DNA of 63,791 bases, filler included, from Phoronis australis (lineage: Eukaryota > Animalia > Phoronida), in the NCBI GenBank assembly GCA_002633005.1. It is 7 parts of 7 records of this genome, joined end to end, with 100 filler letters (N's around TTAATTAATTAA, not from the genome) between each part and the next. Parts side by side here need not be neighbours in the genome. Positions count along the whole stretch, not along the records: positions 24,664 to 44,844 come from NMRA01001431.1; 6 more parts are not named here. One strand, 5' to 3'. The translations under genes and the position numbers were made by a program. A model generated the notes under the pieces. That model did not search any database and was not told where the DNA came from. It saw only the letters and a list, made by a program, of their open reading frames with translations. Shown here one piece after another: positions 24,967 through 37,719 of the stretch (its first letter is position 1; every line of letters begins with the position of its first letter).

Positions 24967-25570
24967 GCAAAAGGTACCCACTCATCCAAGACGTTACCGC
25001 ATCCAGGTGGGGCTATGTGTAATACCCTGCTTCGTTAACAGTTAGCGCTGCTTTTAAGCAATCACGTCACTCGTTTGTCATAGCGGCTATACGGACCAAG
25101 CGCGGGTTCCGCAAACTTGTTGAAAAAGTACAAGCACGCCTGCGGGCACATTGTCAATATAAATGAAACTCCGGAAATACACTGATTCCATACGTTCGCC
25201 TTATTCAGGTCTTTTTGGAAAATTCGTCTAGTGGACACAATAAATCTCATATTTTGACTTTTAAGTGAAATTAATTCTTTTCTGATACTGCTGTGTTGCG
25301 ACAAAAAACCCCGAAAACATACTCGTAATTACGAGCGTAATTTTACGGCGAAACTTCTCCCCATTTAATTTACGAGCGTGATTGTACGGCGACACTCCTG
25401 CAATTTAATTTACGCTCGTAATTACGACCGTAATTTTACGGCGACACTTTCCCCTCAACGGCCCACCATATGAACAGGTCATTCACGCGGCGATAATGCG
25501 ACAAACCATGTGATTGGTGCAAAGCGCCACCTGTTTGCGGTAAAGCCTTGGATGAGTGGGTACCTTTTGC
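24967..25570. mobile_element. ~600-bp MITE with ~50-bp TIRs
   Basis: gcaaaaggtacccactcatccaagacgttaccgca.. is inverted relative to ..tgcggtaaagccttggatgagtgggtaccttttgc. Internal repeats of ttacgagcgtaattttacggcga at 25322-25450. Confidence 0.8.
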
Positions 25571-26569
25571 ACGTGCTTTGGAGAATGTTCCGTGACTTGC
25601 AGCAGCGACATCTGTTGTCTCACCTATGGTAAAGGCTGATCACAAACACTCTCATCGTATAGTGGTGTCGGAAGATGATTTCAGTGATACAGTTACCCGA
25701 ATGCCAGCCAATGAGCCAAGTGAACGCTTCAGCTCACGAGGCCGGTAAAAAATGAAAACGACGGAGTGACACGTGAACAGTAAAACAGAGAATCTTAAAG
25801 TGACATAAGCTCTTTTACAGAGCTTGATTTGCAAGCATTTATATCCCCCGAATTATTCCTGCAGATAAATGTAACCTATGATCCTATTTCGACTTGTGCA
25901 GATTAGTATTTGTCGTGCAATTCGTGAGTGAGATGCACAACACTAAATTAATTACGTTTCTGCAGGCTGTGACCGGCTCTGTTGCCAGATAGGATCAAAA
26001 CTTACGTTATAATCAACCTGCTTAAAGCCTAACCTTTGATGAACACCATCCGATTTTAAAACTACGTAGTAATAACCCATTGCGCCAGTTTTTGAAACTT
26101 GTAATGTTCCTCCGTTATCGACCCTGACGTCGGTACCTTGTATATGAATATGTCGGTAAATCGCATGTTGTGGTGACTAGAGGTTGTTAGACGTTACAAC
26201 TACCTAGAAAAACCTCTAGACGATCTATGAAAAGTTGTAAATCTGAGTATGGAAGACTTTGGGATGACATTCTTGTCAGAGATGGTAATTATAACAATAA
26301 CACATTTTGCGTTCTATCAGAAACAAGAGGAAAGCCAGTGTTCTGCTGTCCCATAAAAACAGATTTTTTCGACTTTTGGGAGGACACGGGTGAGACAGGG
26401 GTGGACCTTACGGCTGCTGAACACAATGTAACAATGTGTGATGGTGAATATCTTTAATTTATTTAGACCCTCTCTGGACAGGGAAGGTATTGAAAATTTG
26501 AAGTGTGATAGATCCCCGGGCCTTGATGGAAAAACTTGATTTTTTTATTCATAGTAAATCGGACACACC

Positions 26570-27280
26570 GACTTCCGGTTCCGGTCTCGGCCAATGAAGG
26601 CGTTCTAATTGGTCTTCTTGGGAATTTTGCCAATATTTTTGATATAGTCACAGTCGCCATATCTATTATCCCACTACTACAAGTCACAGTCGCCATATCT
26701 ATTATCCCACTACTACTTGTGAGAGTCGCCATATCTATTGTTCAATTATTTACCACACAAGCCAACACTTTAATGTAGTAAACAGACCCATGCTCCAGGA
26801 ATAGAGCATTTTGGCAACAGGAATAGATATATTGATTCTTATACCAGGCAGTAAAATATTCAAGATAAAAATGTTCCTCTCTCTACGAGCATGTACTTTG
26901 CAAATTAGTACTAACAATGTTTTGTTTGTTGGATTTAGAAACAACACAAGAATTTATTTCTAACAGACTAGACGCAGTGGAAAATAAAATTCAAGAGGCA
27001 AACATCCGTAGGCTTGACCAGGTTGACATTCTGCAAAAGCGTTTAGCTCATGATGAATGGAGGTCTAGAAGATATAATCTCCTGTTCTACGGTATAAATG
27101 AACCCATTCGTGACTCAACCGGTAAAAATGTTGAAAATGTTGAACAGGTAGTCAAAGGCTTCATAGAAAAAAAACTTCTACTTCAGCACAGTTATGTTAA
27201 CTTGCTCATGTTTTCTAACTGCCACAGATTGCCGAAACCTCAGCAGTCCAGAAAGCCCGATGCTCCTAGAGCAATTGTTG
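26570..27280 (+). mobile_element. 5' part of an L1/Tx1-like LINE with an ORF1p fragment
   Basis: ORF 26917-27280 encodes a coiled coil followed by EWRSRRYNLLFYGINE..ENVEQVVKGFI..CHRLPK..PRAIV (ORF1p RRM-type motifs). Upstream are gacttccggt at ~26570 and a 36-bp tandem repeat at 26646-26740. Confidence 0.75.
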
Positions 27281-28073
27281 NGTCTGAAGTGTTGTACTTT
27301 CAGTCACCTACATTTTAAAAGCTTCAAACTAAGCTACATTTCATTTACATTTACATTACATTGGAAAGTCACTTAGTGGTCAAGAGACTCAGATGTGCTT
27401 ATGTGACTCAATTTGCCTTACAGTCAGAAAATAGCAGACTAACTGTTACCGTACTCGTCCACGTTATCGCCCAGGGCGCTTAAATTGGGAATCTAAAAAA
27501 CAGGGGCTGGGTGGTAAGTCGAGCATGGGCGGTTAAAATCGAAATTTTTGAAAAGTCGGGAGTTGTTGCTTACTGCACGGAGGACCGATTTTACCGTCAC
27601 GGACCTACACTGACGTCGGACTTCAAGCATATCAGTTAAAAATATAGGTCGGTGGATTGAGGTAACGGACTTCGACGACGTGAAGTGGAATAGCGCACAC
27701 GATACAGTGGCGTCGTGATCCCGAGCGGGATTGGGTTTTTACGTACCTCATAGTCGCTGCTCGTCATCTCTTAGAACTAACTTAAATTTCTACAGGTAGG
27801 CGTGCGTTCAGTAGGGCAAGTTTCTTGAGAAAAAAAGACAGATCAACCAAGACTCCGCCAGTTCGCGGTGAATTTCTAAGGGAAGTATTTGATTGTATAA
27901 AGATTTGCTTCCCGCTGGCAACCAACACGTGCTAAAGATTGACAGGTCTTCTTCAGTACTGAATACTTTGAACTTAGTTAGGCAACAACGCACATGCTAT
28001 TGATTGGCGGGTCTTCATATTGAAGGATTTGAACAATGTAACATTTTATATACATTGTATGTATATCTATAAA

Positions 28074-29441
28074 TTATTACATGGCGATAAGGGGGATAAC
28101 GACTGAGAACATGTAATAATCTATTTATACCACATACTGAACGAGAAACATTGCAATGAATCGATCTACCTTTCTCGACTCTACTCGGCTTTGTAACTAC
28201 TTTCTATGTCAGAGGCCCGGGGTCGGAGGTCGTGACCTTTTAAGAAAAGCCGAGCTATTTTTGTCAAATAATGCTTATACTCAAAACTAATTGAAAATTT
28301 AAACAAAATAGAAATAAACTGAATCTATAAATTAAGGTTTAGCAACTATTATAGCTTACTACACATTTTGTCACGCTAAGCTTCGACCGGGAAAATATCG
28401 TCCGCTAAAGTAGGTTACCAATAGTAACTGGCTATACGATACCCGCATTCAAATTGGAGATCGGTGATTTACAAGTGAGAGAGCAAGAGAAAATTTTCAC
28501 TGAATTAAAATATCGTTTTTGTGGAAATTGTGCGTTTTATTTTTCATAGCGTATAAATGTTACAATGCCCTTTGCTGAACATGCGATTGTTGCGCGTGCT
28601 CATTAAGTATTATATTTTCACTCAACTCCCCCTTGTGTACGTTTTGTAAGACTGAACCTGAGACTTTGCTTCACTTATACTGGCAATGTGATGTTGTTCA
28701 AAATTTTTGGAACAATGTTGAAGGTTGGGTTAGAAACAAAACTAATATTTCCCTTGGTACAAATGTGCTTACAGTTTTCTTTGGAAACAGATGTAGAAGC
28801 CAGCCAATTCAAAATTTAATCTTGTGTCTCAGCAAGTTCCATTTATATAAGCAACGTCTCAAGGGTAAACCTCCAAATTTAATTGTATTAACAAAAGAAA
28901 TTAACAGTTATTACTCCAGTGAAAAACATATTTATTCAAAAAATTTACAAATGGAAAAATTTACAAACAGGTGGTCACAAATGCATAATTTGATAGCAAT
29001 GTAAGGATATTTTATCATTCCAAAATACTCTCCCCCCTCCTTTTTTTTTCAGAGCCATATACTACTATATTGTCTTGTATGTTTTTGTTTTCTTTTGTTA
29101 AATCTATTTCAAAATCCGGTTCACGTATATTTTTAACTTAGTAAACTTTATTTTCATTGAATTGTAAAGTAAGGCAAGGGAATCCCAGACCTTTGTCCTT
29201 ACTTATGTTGAACTGGGAGAATAAAAAAAAAAAATAAAAAAAAAAATAAAAAAAAGTATTATATTTTCACGTTCAATGACGTCAGCCGCTGAGTGGTATA
29301 ATGGTAAAGTCGGTGACTCAAAACGCGTGAGGCCCGGGTTCTAATCCGGCATCGGTTTTCCCGCCAAATGTTATCTCACTAGTGACTTTATGGGTTATTA
29401 CACGGTTGTATCTGCCATTCGAGGCTAATATTGTGGTATAA
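28074..29441 (+). mobile_element. Interspersed repeat (second copy at 40370-41169) with a tRNA-like segment, split by a LINE insertion
   Basis: High identity to 40370-41169 on both sides of the LINE; ttataccaca..tgtggtataa inverted ends. Confidence 0.85.
28622..29253 (+). mobile_element. 5'-truncated L1/Tx1-clade LINE: ORF2 C-terminal CCHC domain, 3'UTR and poly(A)
   Basis: ORF 28633-29004 CTFCKTEPETLLHLYWQCDVVQNFW. A-rich tail at 29219-29255. Perfect 17-bp TSD aagtattatattttcac (28605-28621 and 29254-29270) at a TT|AA site. Confidence 0.92.
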
Positions 29442-29972
29442 TTCTTTTTTTTGTTCAAAGCCAAAACCGCTCTTGTTCAAGGCACGTGCTCAACAATCGG
29501 ACGATACTATTATTAGGCAATGGGTGTGCTAGGTCAGCAGCCAAAGTAATGAAGCGAAAACACATCATGTTTAAAAGTCATCAGGCAAACCAAAAGTTCA
29601 AAAAATAAGTTTTTGACCACGTGGATATGGATAGAATGTTCGACTTGCGCTTAATGACAAGTTGATTTTTGCGCTGTTGCTTTTGTTTGGGCGCTTCCAT
29701 TTTGGTGTCAGTAGTGAAAGTCATTGAAAACATGCGTTTACAAAGACGGGGAACAGCGACGCAAGTTCGCTTGTCGCAATGGACCATGTCTTTTCTTATT
29801 TCAACCAATACTCAGGGTCGTTATGTTTCGTGTACTGTCACGGGTAATCACAGAAAGGTTGGCCACGGACGTGAAATTCCCGTGAAGTACCACTTGGCTG
29901 GTTCTTCCACAGCAAATGAAATACATTCGACAAGCACCGTCTCGGTGATCAGTACATGCCGACACGAGTTCC

Positions 29973-32682
29973 TAATAGGGTTCCCGGGTCTCACAAGCCG
30001 ACGTCACGGATTGCTTGTGAAGGCCCAGGTACCGGGCACTAAAACGATGGTTTTCATTGGCTGTCAGCTGGCAAGGTGGCACTGAATAGTTAGGCTGCGG
30101 CCGCGGCCAATTTGCACTGCCAAAATATAGAAATTTTGGGGTAGGCCAAGTTTGGGGGCATTTTGTAGGTGGGCATTGCACGTAGGCTCAGTGAATGTGG
30201 TTTGTTTGTATTTGTGAACATGCTGTGAATAAAAAAGGCCACTTTCTTGGCTGTAGCTGCACTCTTCTTCAAGATGGCGGCCCCCGGCTGCAATTGTGCA
30301 TTGTTGGGTAGCGACCGAGAAATTGGCTGTGATTTTAGGTAGCCCTCAAACAAGCAAGAATTGCAAAAAAACTAGTTGGTTGACAGTACTTTTGGACCAC
30401 ATTTTCTGAATCGGTAGGAAATTTGCTTTCAGACTCTAAGTTTGGTTTTAGTCGTGCATCGGCAGGGAAGTGGTGTTTTTCGGGTGAAAAGTGCCGATTT
30501 TGCATTTTTTTGCCCTTATTTTTCTGAGTCTAGCTTGGTTGTCAGTGGGAATGAAATGGTCAAAAATACAAGAAAGAATAAAGTTTCTGTGCTCATCTGC
30601 TGGGCTTTTTATGTGAAATAATTGAAAACATGCCATTCTTTGCATCCTGTTTTTGACAGAGTGAAGAAAAGGTTACAAATCAAGTGATGTGTGTTTTGCT
30701 AGGCAAAACCCAGTGAGAACTGTTCTGTGCCTCCCAATTTTTAACCAGGAAGTTGACGTGCGCATGCTTATATCCGGTAATACGTTATCAGGTCGCTAGG
30801 TGTCGCGAGAATAAAAGTTATTTTTGGGTTGCGTTTGCGGTCGAACTCTTTGGTGAGATAGCTGTCATTTTTTAGTTTCATTATTTGAAGGGTTTTTATG
30901 AATTGAAAGTTTACTTCTCTTACAGCAGGCCGTAGGGGCGGATCCAGGATTTTAAGTTGGGGGAGGGGGCAGACGCAGAGTATTTTCTCGTCAGACATTC
31001 GCACCCCCAAACTTCCATATGGAATATGGTAAAACTTTAGGTAGACCCATGGCCCCCTTGCCACCCCCCCGAAATCCGTCACTGTACAGTGTTACAGTAG
31101 ACACAGCTGGAGCCCTATTTTCGATGCTGTAGGTGAATTTGGAACCCTGTTTAATCTCAAGGTTAAGCGGAAGTGAGTGTTGTGTGAACTTGGAATATGC
31201 GAGGCAACTTGACAAGTTTACTCAAATAATCACGTGCATGTTCATAAAAATTTGCACTGCACAAAATCAAGTTACATTTGAATAAAATAATTTCAATTAT
31301 AACCAACCTTTTCAACTACAGGTGATCAGTTTCACCAAACAATAATCGATTTAGCCATTCACATATTCCTCCGGTTCAGTAACTCAAGTTACGGTAAAGG
31401 AGAAAATGGTAGATCGCGAGGCCAATAATTACAAAAATTCTTTTCACCGAACAAAAGTTTCACCTTTTGCCTTAAAGAACATTCAAATCCAAGTTCACCC
31501 AACACTCACTTCTGCTTAATCCTGAGATTATTAGTATTCCGCACAGCACTGCTTCGTGGCCTACACAGTATTCAGTTCCTAGAACACTACAATTTTCGAC
31601 CCTCCAGGTAGCCACAATTCTCGAGCTACATGTACACCCCTCCTCTCGTTGCCATAATATTTTCTTCCCATTTCCCTCTTTGAGGTGGGATACCGCACAA
31701 CTTGAGGGTCGTAAGCAATTCACATCACCTTGGTAAATTTAACATGCTGAAATTCAATTACCTGTAAATAATAACTTTGCGTAATTGTGTTATCAAAAAA
31801 TTTGACTCTTTATTGAGGCTCTCACCAAAATGGGACACCTTTAATGACTGTGCCAGCTCACAAAAGGGTGAAGTTTTGTCTTGCTGATCATACAAAAGAG
31901 TGGGTATAATCATAATTTCACAGCAATAAACAACCTCCGAAATAATTGAATACTGAATTGCACCGCCAAAAGCGATGTCAGTCATTATAAAACTATTGCT
32001 AGACTGATTAACGTTTGCGTGTTTAGGGCCATTGACTGAATTTTTACGCTCCAAACTTCTGTTAGTAGTGACAAGTGTGCCAGTGTATTATGCAGTGACA
32101 AGACAATGTCAATGTACATGTATTTCAGCATATATCTTTATCTGACCCACCAGTTCAACCTTCAGGGCATTCACGGGAGCTTATATAACGTACATGAACA
32201 TGTTAACATACGAGAGTGTGTGCTCTGAAAAGATCGAGACAATCTCCCGTGGCCGCGACGCACTCAGCTACTCCATTCCCGCTATTCGGTGATGTATCAT
32301 AGTATGACTTGTGGGTGGCCTAATGCCTATCTCTTCCACAAATTATTTCGTAAAAAATCACATCACTTCAGAACCCAGCACAGTATACAAGATAATTATC
32401 ATTAAGTGTTTAGTATACGTTTCTGGTGATGTATTCCTTGACTCGTTAGCTTTGAAATGCGGGAGTTTGATGAAAACAGAGAGATTTAAACAGTTATAAA
32501 TCCATCGACATTCCTTCACTGGAAGTCGCCATGTTGATGAACTGGCTTGAGCTATAATACAACTGACCAATGGAATGCCTTGTTTCTTGAAATCGGAACA
32601 GCCAATGATATTCCAAGAATACGCATGAAAAAGTACCCTGTAGCAGACCCCAACCAATCTCGAGGGTCTGTGCAGGAGACTA
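29973..32682. mobile_element. ~2.7-kb insertion with 10-bp TSD (possibly AcademH-like)
   Basis: Flanked by cacgagttcc (29963-29972) and cacgagttct (32683-32692). The single empty site cacgagttcc is present in copy B at 38876-38885. Ends are taatagggttcccggg.. and ..gggtctgtgcaggagacta. Confidence 0.75.
30933..31084. mobile_element. MITE copy (GGGGCGGATCC family) nested in the 2.7-kb insertion
   Basis: taggggcggatccaggatttt...aaatccgtcactg. Confidence 0.8.
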
Positions 32683-33574
32683 CACGAGTTCTGCGCGTGA
32701 GCCAAAGGAAACGATTGTGACTCCTTCAGTAAAGAGCATGAGAATACAGTTATTTTACCGCCATAGTAAGGCAAGGTCAGTCCCGGTTCCGCTAAAACTT
32801 ATTGATTGTAAGAGAAAGGTAAGCGAGTTTCGGAATCTCAATTTTGTCCAACGAACGTTCACAGAAGCACAGACACTTAAGGAAGTCTCGATCATGAAAA
32901 ATTGGGGGTGGGCGGTAATCCGAGCATGGGCCGTAATGCGGACGAGTACGGTAATTTCCTAAAGATGCTTAGATTTGTCAAAGTGTTCAGTCTAGCCACT
33001 TAATGTAAGTGTTTTTTTCACAAAACCAAATTTCTTTAACCTTCACTTTCAAACGTTAGACATTAGACCCCTTAAAGTACAAATCCCGCGGTTTATAGAG
33101 TTTTGAGGAGTATAAATTACTATACTTATTCATGGTAACTTTTAAGGTAAAACAAGCTTCTGCAATTGCCCACAACGGGCTTGTAACAGCTGAATCACGT
33201 CTCATGATCAGAGGCTCAATTCTCTCAATCGAGCACACGACGATATAAGCTCTGTTCACATTAGACATCAATGGAGGATATGTCTGGTTTTTACAAGAAA
33301 CTCTGGCACTTTCAGTGTGAACGGTGATTTGCCAAATGAAAGTGATGACAATGAGGTTAACGGTAATGAACTAGAATGAGTACAGGTGCTAGGGAGCTCC
33401 ATGTTTGTTTGATCTAGCTTTACCAGGGGGATGTGACTGCGTGTGAAACAAGCTGAGCATTAGTAAAAAGAGAGTAAAAATCTAGATAAATGGCAAGGTT
33501 TCATTGTTTTGATTGTTTTGTCTACCTGTGCTGGGAATTAAGCAATTCGAGAAACTAGAACAATTATCTATCAC

Positions 33575-33575
<1 letters not shown>

Positions 33576-33619
<44 letters not shown>

Positions 33620-33927
33620 NNNNNNNNNNNNNNNNNNNNNNNNNNNNNNNNNNNNNNNNNNNNNNNNNNNNNNNNNNNNNNNNNNNNNNNNNNNNNNNNN
33701 NNNNNNNNNNNNNNNNNNNNNNNNNNNNNNNNNNNNNNNNNNNNNNNNNNNNNNNNNNNNNNNNNNNNNNNNNNNNNNNNNNNNNNNNNNNNNNNNNNNN
33801 NNNNNNNNNNNNNNNNNNNNNNNNNNNNNNNNNNNNNNNNNNNNNNNNNNNNNNNNNNNNNNNNNNNNNNNNCACACACACACACACACACACCACCACC
33901 ACCGCCACCACCACCACCACCACCACC
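33576..33927. repeat. (CA)n microsatellite spanning an N gap, followed by (CAC)n
   Basis: Direct reading on both sides of the gap. Confidence 0.95.
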
Positions 33928-34654
33928 AAAACCGTGGAAACTGAAAGATTTTTCTGATCTTTCATTGCTTACACTGCTGAGGATGTCAAAAGCACCTTAT
34001 GACCTTTAGTTGCCACCGCGAATTGTAAATAATGGTGTATGGTTGGACCTCTACAGTGGTTTAGTGATGGAATGCTTATTTTATCAGTAATAACCACTGA
34101 CAGCAGGATGAATATGCGACAAACCTTATTTTACTTCCTGTGAGAATATTGCCAATACAAAGCCCTGCTGCACTGCCACCGCTACCACAAGCAAGGATTA
34201 TATCATCGTAATTCTCAAGAACGTTCTGTAATGGGAAGGAAAATATTGGTTATGGCTGGTGTGACTTAATGGCATACAGTAGTGAAGCTTCAGAAAAAAA
34301 AACGGAAGACCATTTACTATCTAAGCCAATATCTCGCATGCAGGTAAAAGGGTGAGTAAAGTAGTTCACTTGTGTTAGAATGTGCAATACACGCAGTCAA
34401 TCCTAGTCTTGCAAGCCTGCATGTAAGTTGTCGTGATGTTTATTTCAGTGAGAAACATCTTCAAGTTTAATCACCACGACTATGCTTTATGTTAATTACT
34501 GTTTACGATTTTCTATCGCAGGACTACACGATCATAAAGCATCCATAAACTCGCCTTTGGGTACCATAGAATTTACCCGCCACTATAAAATTGGTATCAC
34601 CTCATTTGCTACTCAGACAAGAAATTATTTCTGGGCTTGGGAAGAACCGACATC

Positions 34655-35075
34655 TTGATAGTGCTTGAGACTATGATTGGTGAACAAAGTGACCAATTGT
34701 GACAAGCAAACTTATTGAGCCTGACAGTTTGATAGTGCTTGAGATTATTATTGATGAACAAAATGACCAGTCATGACAAGCAAACTTACTGAGCCTGACA
34801 GCTTGATAGCGCTTGAGATGACTATGATTGGTGAACAAAATGACCAATCATGACAAGCAAACTTATTGAACCTGACAGGTTGATAGTGCTTGAGACTCTG
34901 ATTGGTGAACACAATGAACAGTCATGATAAGCAAATTTACTGAGCCTGACAGCTTGATAGCGCTTGAGATGACTATGATTGGTGAACAAAATGACCAGTC
35001 ATGACAAAGTAAACGTATTGAGCCTGACAGCTTGATAGTGCTTGAGACTTATGATTAGTGTACAAAATGACCAAC
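34655..35075. repeat. 74-78-bp tandem repeat (~5.5 units)
   Basis: ttgatag anchors at 34655, 34729, 34803, 34880, 34954 and 35032. Confidence 0.93.
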
Positions 35076-37719
35076 ATGCCGATAATAATATGCTTACACG
35101 AAAGTCACGCATTTTTAAAGATATGCGTGACTTCACCACTTGTCCTTCTGAGCGACTTTTACCAGGATCAAAGAGAGCACGGCGCTTATGGCCCAGTGCA
35201 TGCCGAACTACTTTATTCGAGGAGTAGTACACTACCCAGAAAACTGATATTCGCGGAAATGCGCCAATTTTGATAGTTAGCTTGTAGTTGTAANNNNNNN
35301 NNNNNNNNNNNNNNNNNNNNNNNNNNNNNNNNNNNNNNNNNNNNNNNNNNNNNNNNNNNNNNNNNNNNNNNNNNNNNNNNNNNNNNNNNNNNNNNNNNNN
35401 NNNNNNNNNNNNNNNNNNNNNNNNNNNNNNNNNNNNNNNNNNNNNNNNNNNNNNNNNNNNNCCCCCCCCCCCTTGGCTGCCGCAAAAAAAATAAAACAGT
35501 AAGAGCGTAAGGAAATGGTAAGTATATTAATTAACCCCGGTAATTAAAATTATACGGATGAAAAAAGATTTAAATGTATGCAGTTTTAGTGTTGGGGGGG
35601 CTCAAATCCAATTTCAAGTGTCAAATTCGGAACACGGCGCATTCGTAACGGAACTATGGCTCAGTATAGGATCTCCCGCGATATCCCAGGCGACCGGCAG
35701 TGGCACTGCGCACTACGACTCCGTTTCCGTCGTCTGCTCCACTGTGCAATGAAGAAAATTTACTTCATTTTTTAAAGAAAATGGAATCTGAGTGACGATG
35801 AAAAAACAGAAGCTGCTGGCAAGATGTGAATTTTAATCGAAGCCTTAGTGAATCACTCAGAAACTCGCAATACTCTCTTTGACACCTTATTTTGAGAATT
35901 TCCAAAGCAATCCTGTCATTATTGCCAACACGAAAAATGGATTTGGTCTTTTGGGCATTTGAAGACTATTTCAAATACGACAAATTTGTTAAGAATTGAT
36001 GGCACAAAATATAAAACGTGTAATAAGCATTACAAAAAGAAGTAGGTTTCGCGCGCAAACGCTGTGGACCAAAAACAAGTAGGTCTTTTAGTATGAGAAT
36101 AGAAGGTTGACCTTGAACTAATGACACGTGTAGTTTTGTTTGCTGTGACATGTTCGGTGTAGTTGTAATCTGTAAAATTCAGGGATGGTTTCACAATTAA
36201 CTGACTTCTAAGTTGTTTTGATACTTCGTTTAAAAACAAAATAAAAATATAGCAACCCTAACTGGTAAGGAAATAAAAGTAAACAGGAGTATTAAAAATA
36301 AAGTAATGAAAACAGGTGTGAAACATATTGAAACCAAGATTCCTTTGGGAAGTGGCCCTTTGTCCTGATTAACGCAAATTAACTTTTAGTCTTTTTGTTA
36401 TGTTTAAAATGTATCAAGTTAAAACTACCCTCCACAGTGCAGGCTTTAACTCTGTGCAAATGTCAGAGAAAACCAATTTGGGTGTAATAACAACCACCAT
36501 TGTTAAGAAAGTAGTGCTAGCTATTACCTTTCCACTTNNNNNNNNNNNNNNNNNNNNNNNNNNNNNNNNNNNNNNNNNNNNNNNNNNNNNNNNNNNNNNN
36601 NNNNNNNNNNNNNNNNNNNNNNNNNNNNNNNNNNNNNNNNNNNNNNNNNNNNNNNNNNNNNNNNNNNNNNNNNNNNNNNNNNNNNNNNNNNNNNNNNNNN
36701 NNNNNNNNNNNNNNNNNNNNNNNNNNNNNNNNNNNNNNNNNNNNNNNNNNNNNNNNNNNNNNNNNNNNNNNNNNNNNNNNNNNNNNNNNNNNNNNNNNNN
36801 NNNNNNNNNNNNNNNNNNNNNNNNNNNNNNNNNNNNNNNNNNNNNNNNNNNNNNNNNNNNNNNNNNNNNNNNNNNNNNNNNNNNNNNNNNNNNNNNNNNN
36901 NNNNNNNNNNNNNNNNNNNNNNNNNNNNNNNNNNNNNNNNNNNNNNNNNNNNNNNNNNNNNNNNNNNNNNNNNNNNNNNNNNNNNNNNNNNNNNNGATTT
37001 AGCAATGCTGCACAAAGAAAAATCACGTCAGAACAAGATAAGTTTCCATGGTGTATGCCTATGTATGACCACACTTACCTCTAACCTGTATTCAGGGACC
37101 CCTGTCAGGCACTTCGTCCATGCAGGAGGCACATAGCAGATTAATGAGCTCAGCGTATCTCTATTGGCCATAGCTCGAAGCTGATATCACATTTAACAAT
37201 CTCGTATATAATCTTGGAAAGTACTTTAACTGCATAAATACGCTCTGCTTTTGATTAAGTCTTCCCTTTAGACTGCAACTTTGTCCAGCTGAAAGTCGCA
37301 AAAATAGGGTTAATAAAAAGTTTTTAGACGAACAGTAAATCCTCACTTCATATTTCGCACAAAAATAATTGCCAAAATTACCATTTTCTATGGCGGATTT
37401 CCTTTTTGCAAACAAAGGGAACTTATGTAAATGGAGTTTTATGACACCAACGCACTTTAAACCGTGCTTGTAATTAATTAAAGTGCCCTTAATCCTAACT
37501 TTTGTGAAAGAATTTAATAAAATAGAATTTCAGTCATTGTATGCTAAATAAGTGAAGAAATACTATATTTTGTCAACAGAGCTTTCCACAACACACTTGT
37601 TTTAACTAAAAATGTGCAAGTGACATACATGTACATGTTACCACATGTTACTGGTCATTGCTTAGCTCGTCAGTATACATGAAGTGTCACTTTCTTCATG
37701 CCTACTTACATGCCCATTT

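Larger units (their letters stand above)
27447..32953. mobile_element. TA-flanked DNA element (Tc1/mariner-pogo-like termini), copy A, interrupted by nested insertions
   Basis: Ends TA|ccgtactcgtcc ... ggacgagtacgg|TA. Segments 27447-27990, 29467-29972 and 32683-32953 are collinear with uninterrupted copy B (37720-39163). Confidence 0.85.

Noticed and set aside
33482-37074. Long ORFs dominated by X (also 57629-58088)
   Set aside because: Open only because they run through N gaps and microsatellites.
37079-37180. Possible minus-strand micro-exons with good donors (37079-37180 LRAMANRDTLSSLICYVPPAWTKCLTGVPEYRLE; also ~1213-1263, ~44593-44622, ~50885-50941, ~58620-58681)
   Set aside because: No recognisable domain, phases cannot be linked, and several are separated by contig linkers; transcript evidence is needed.
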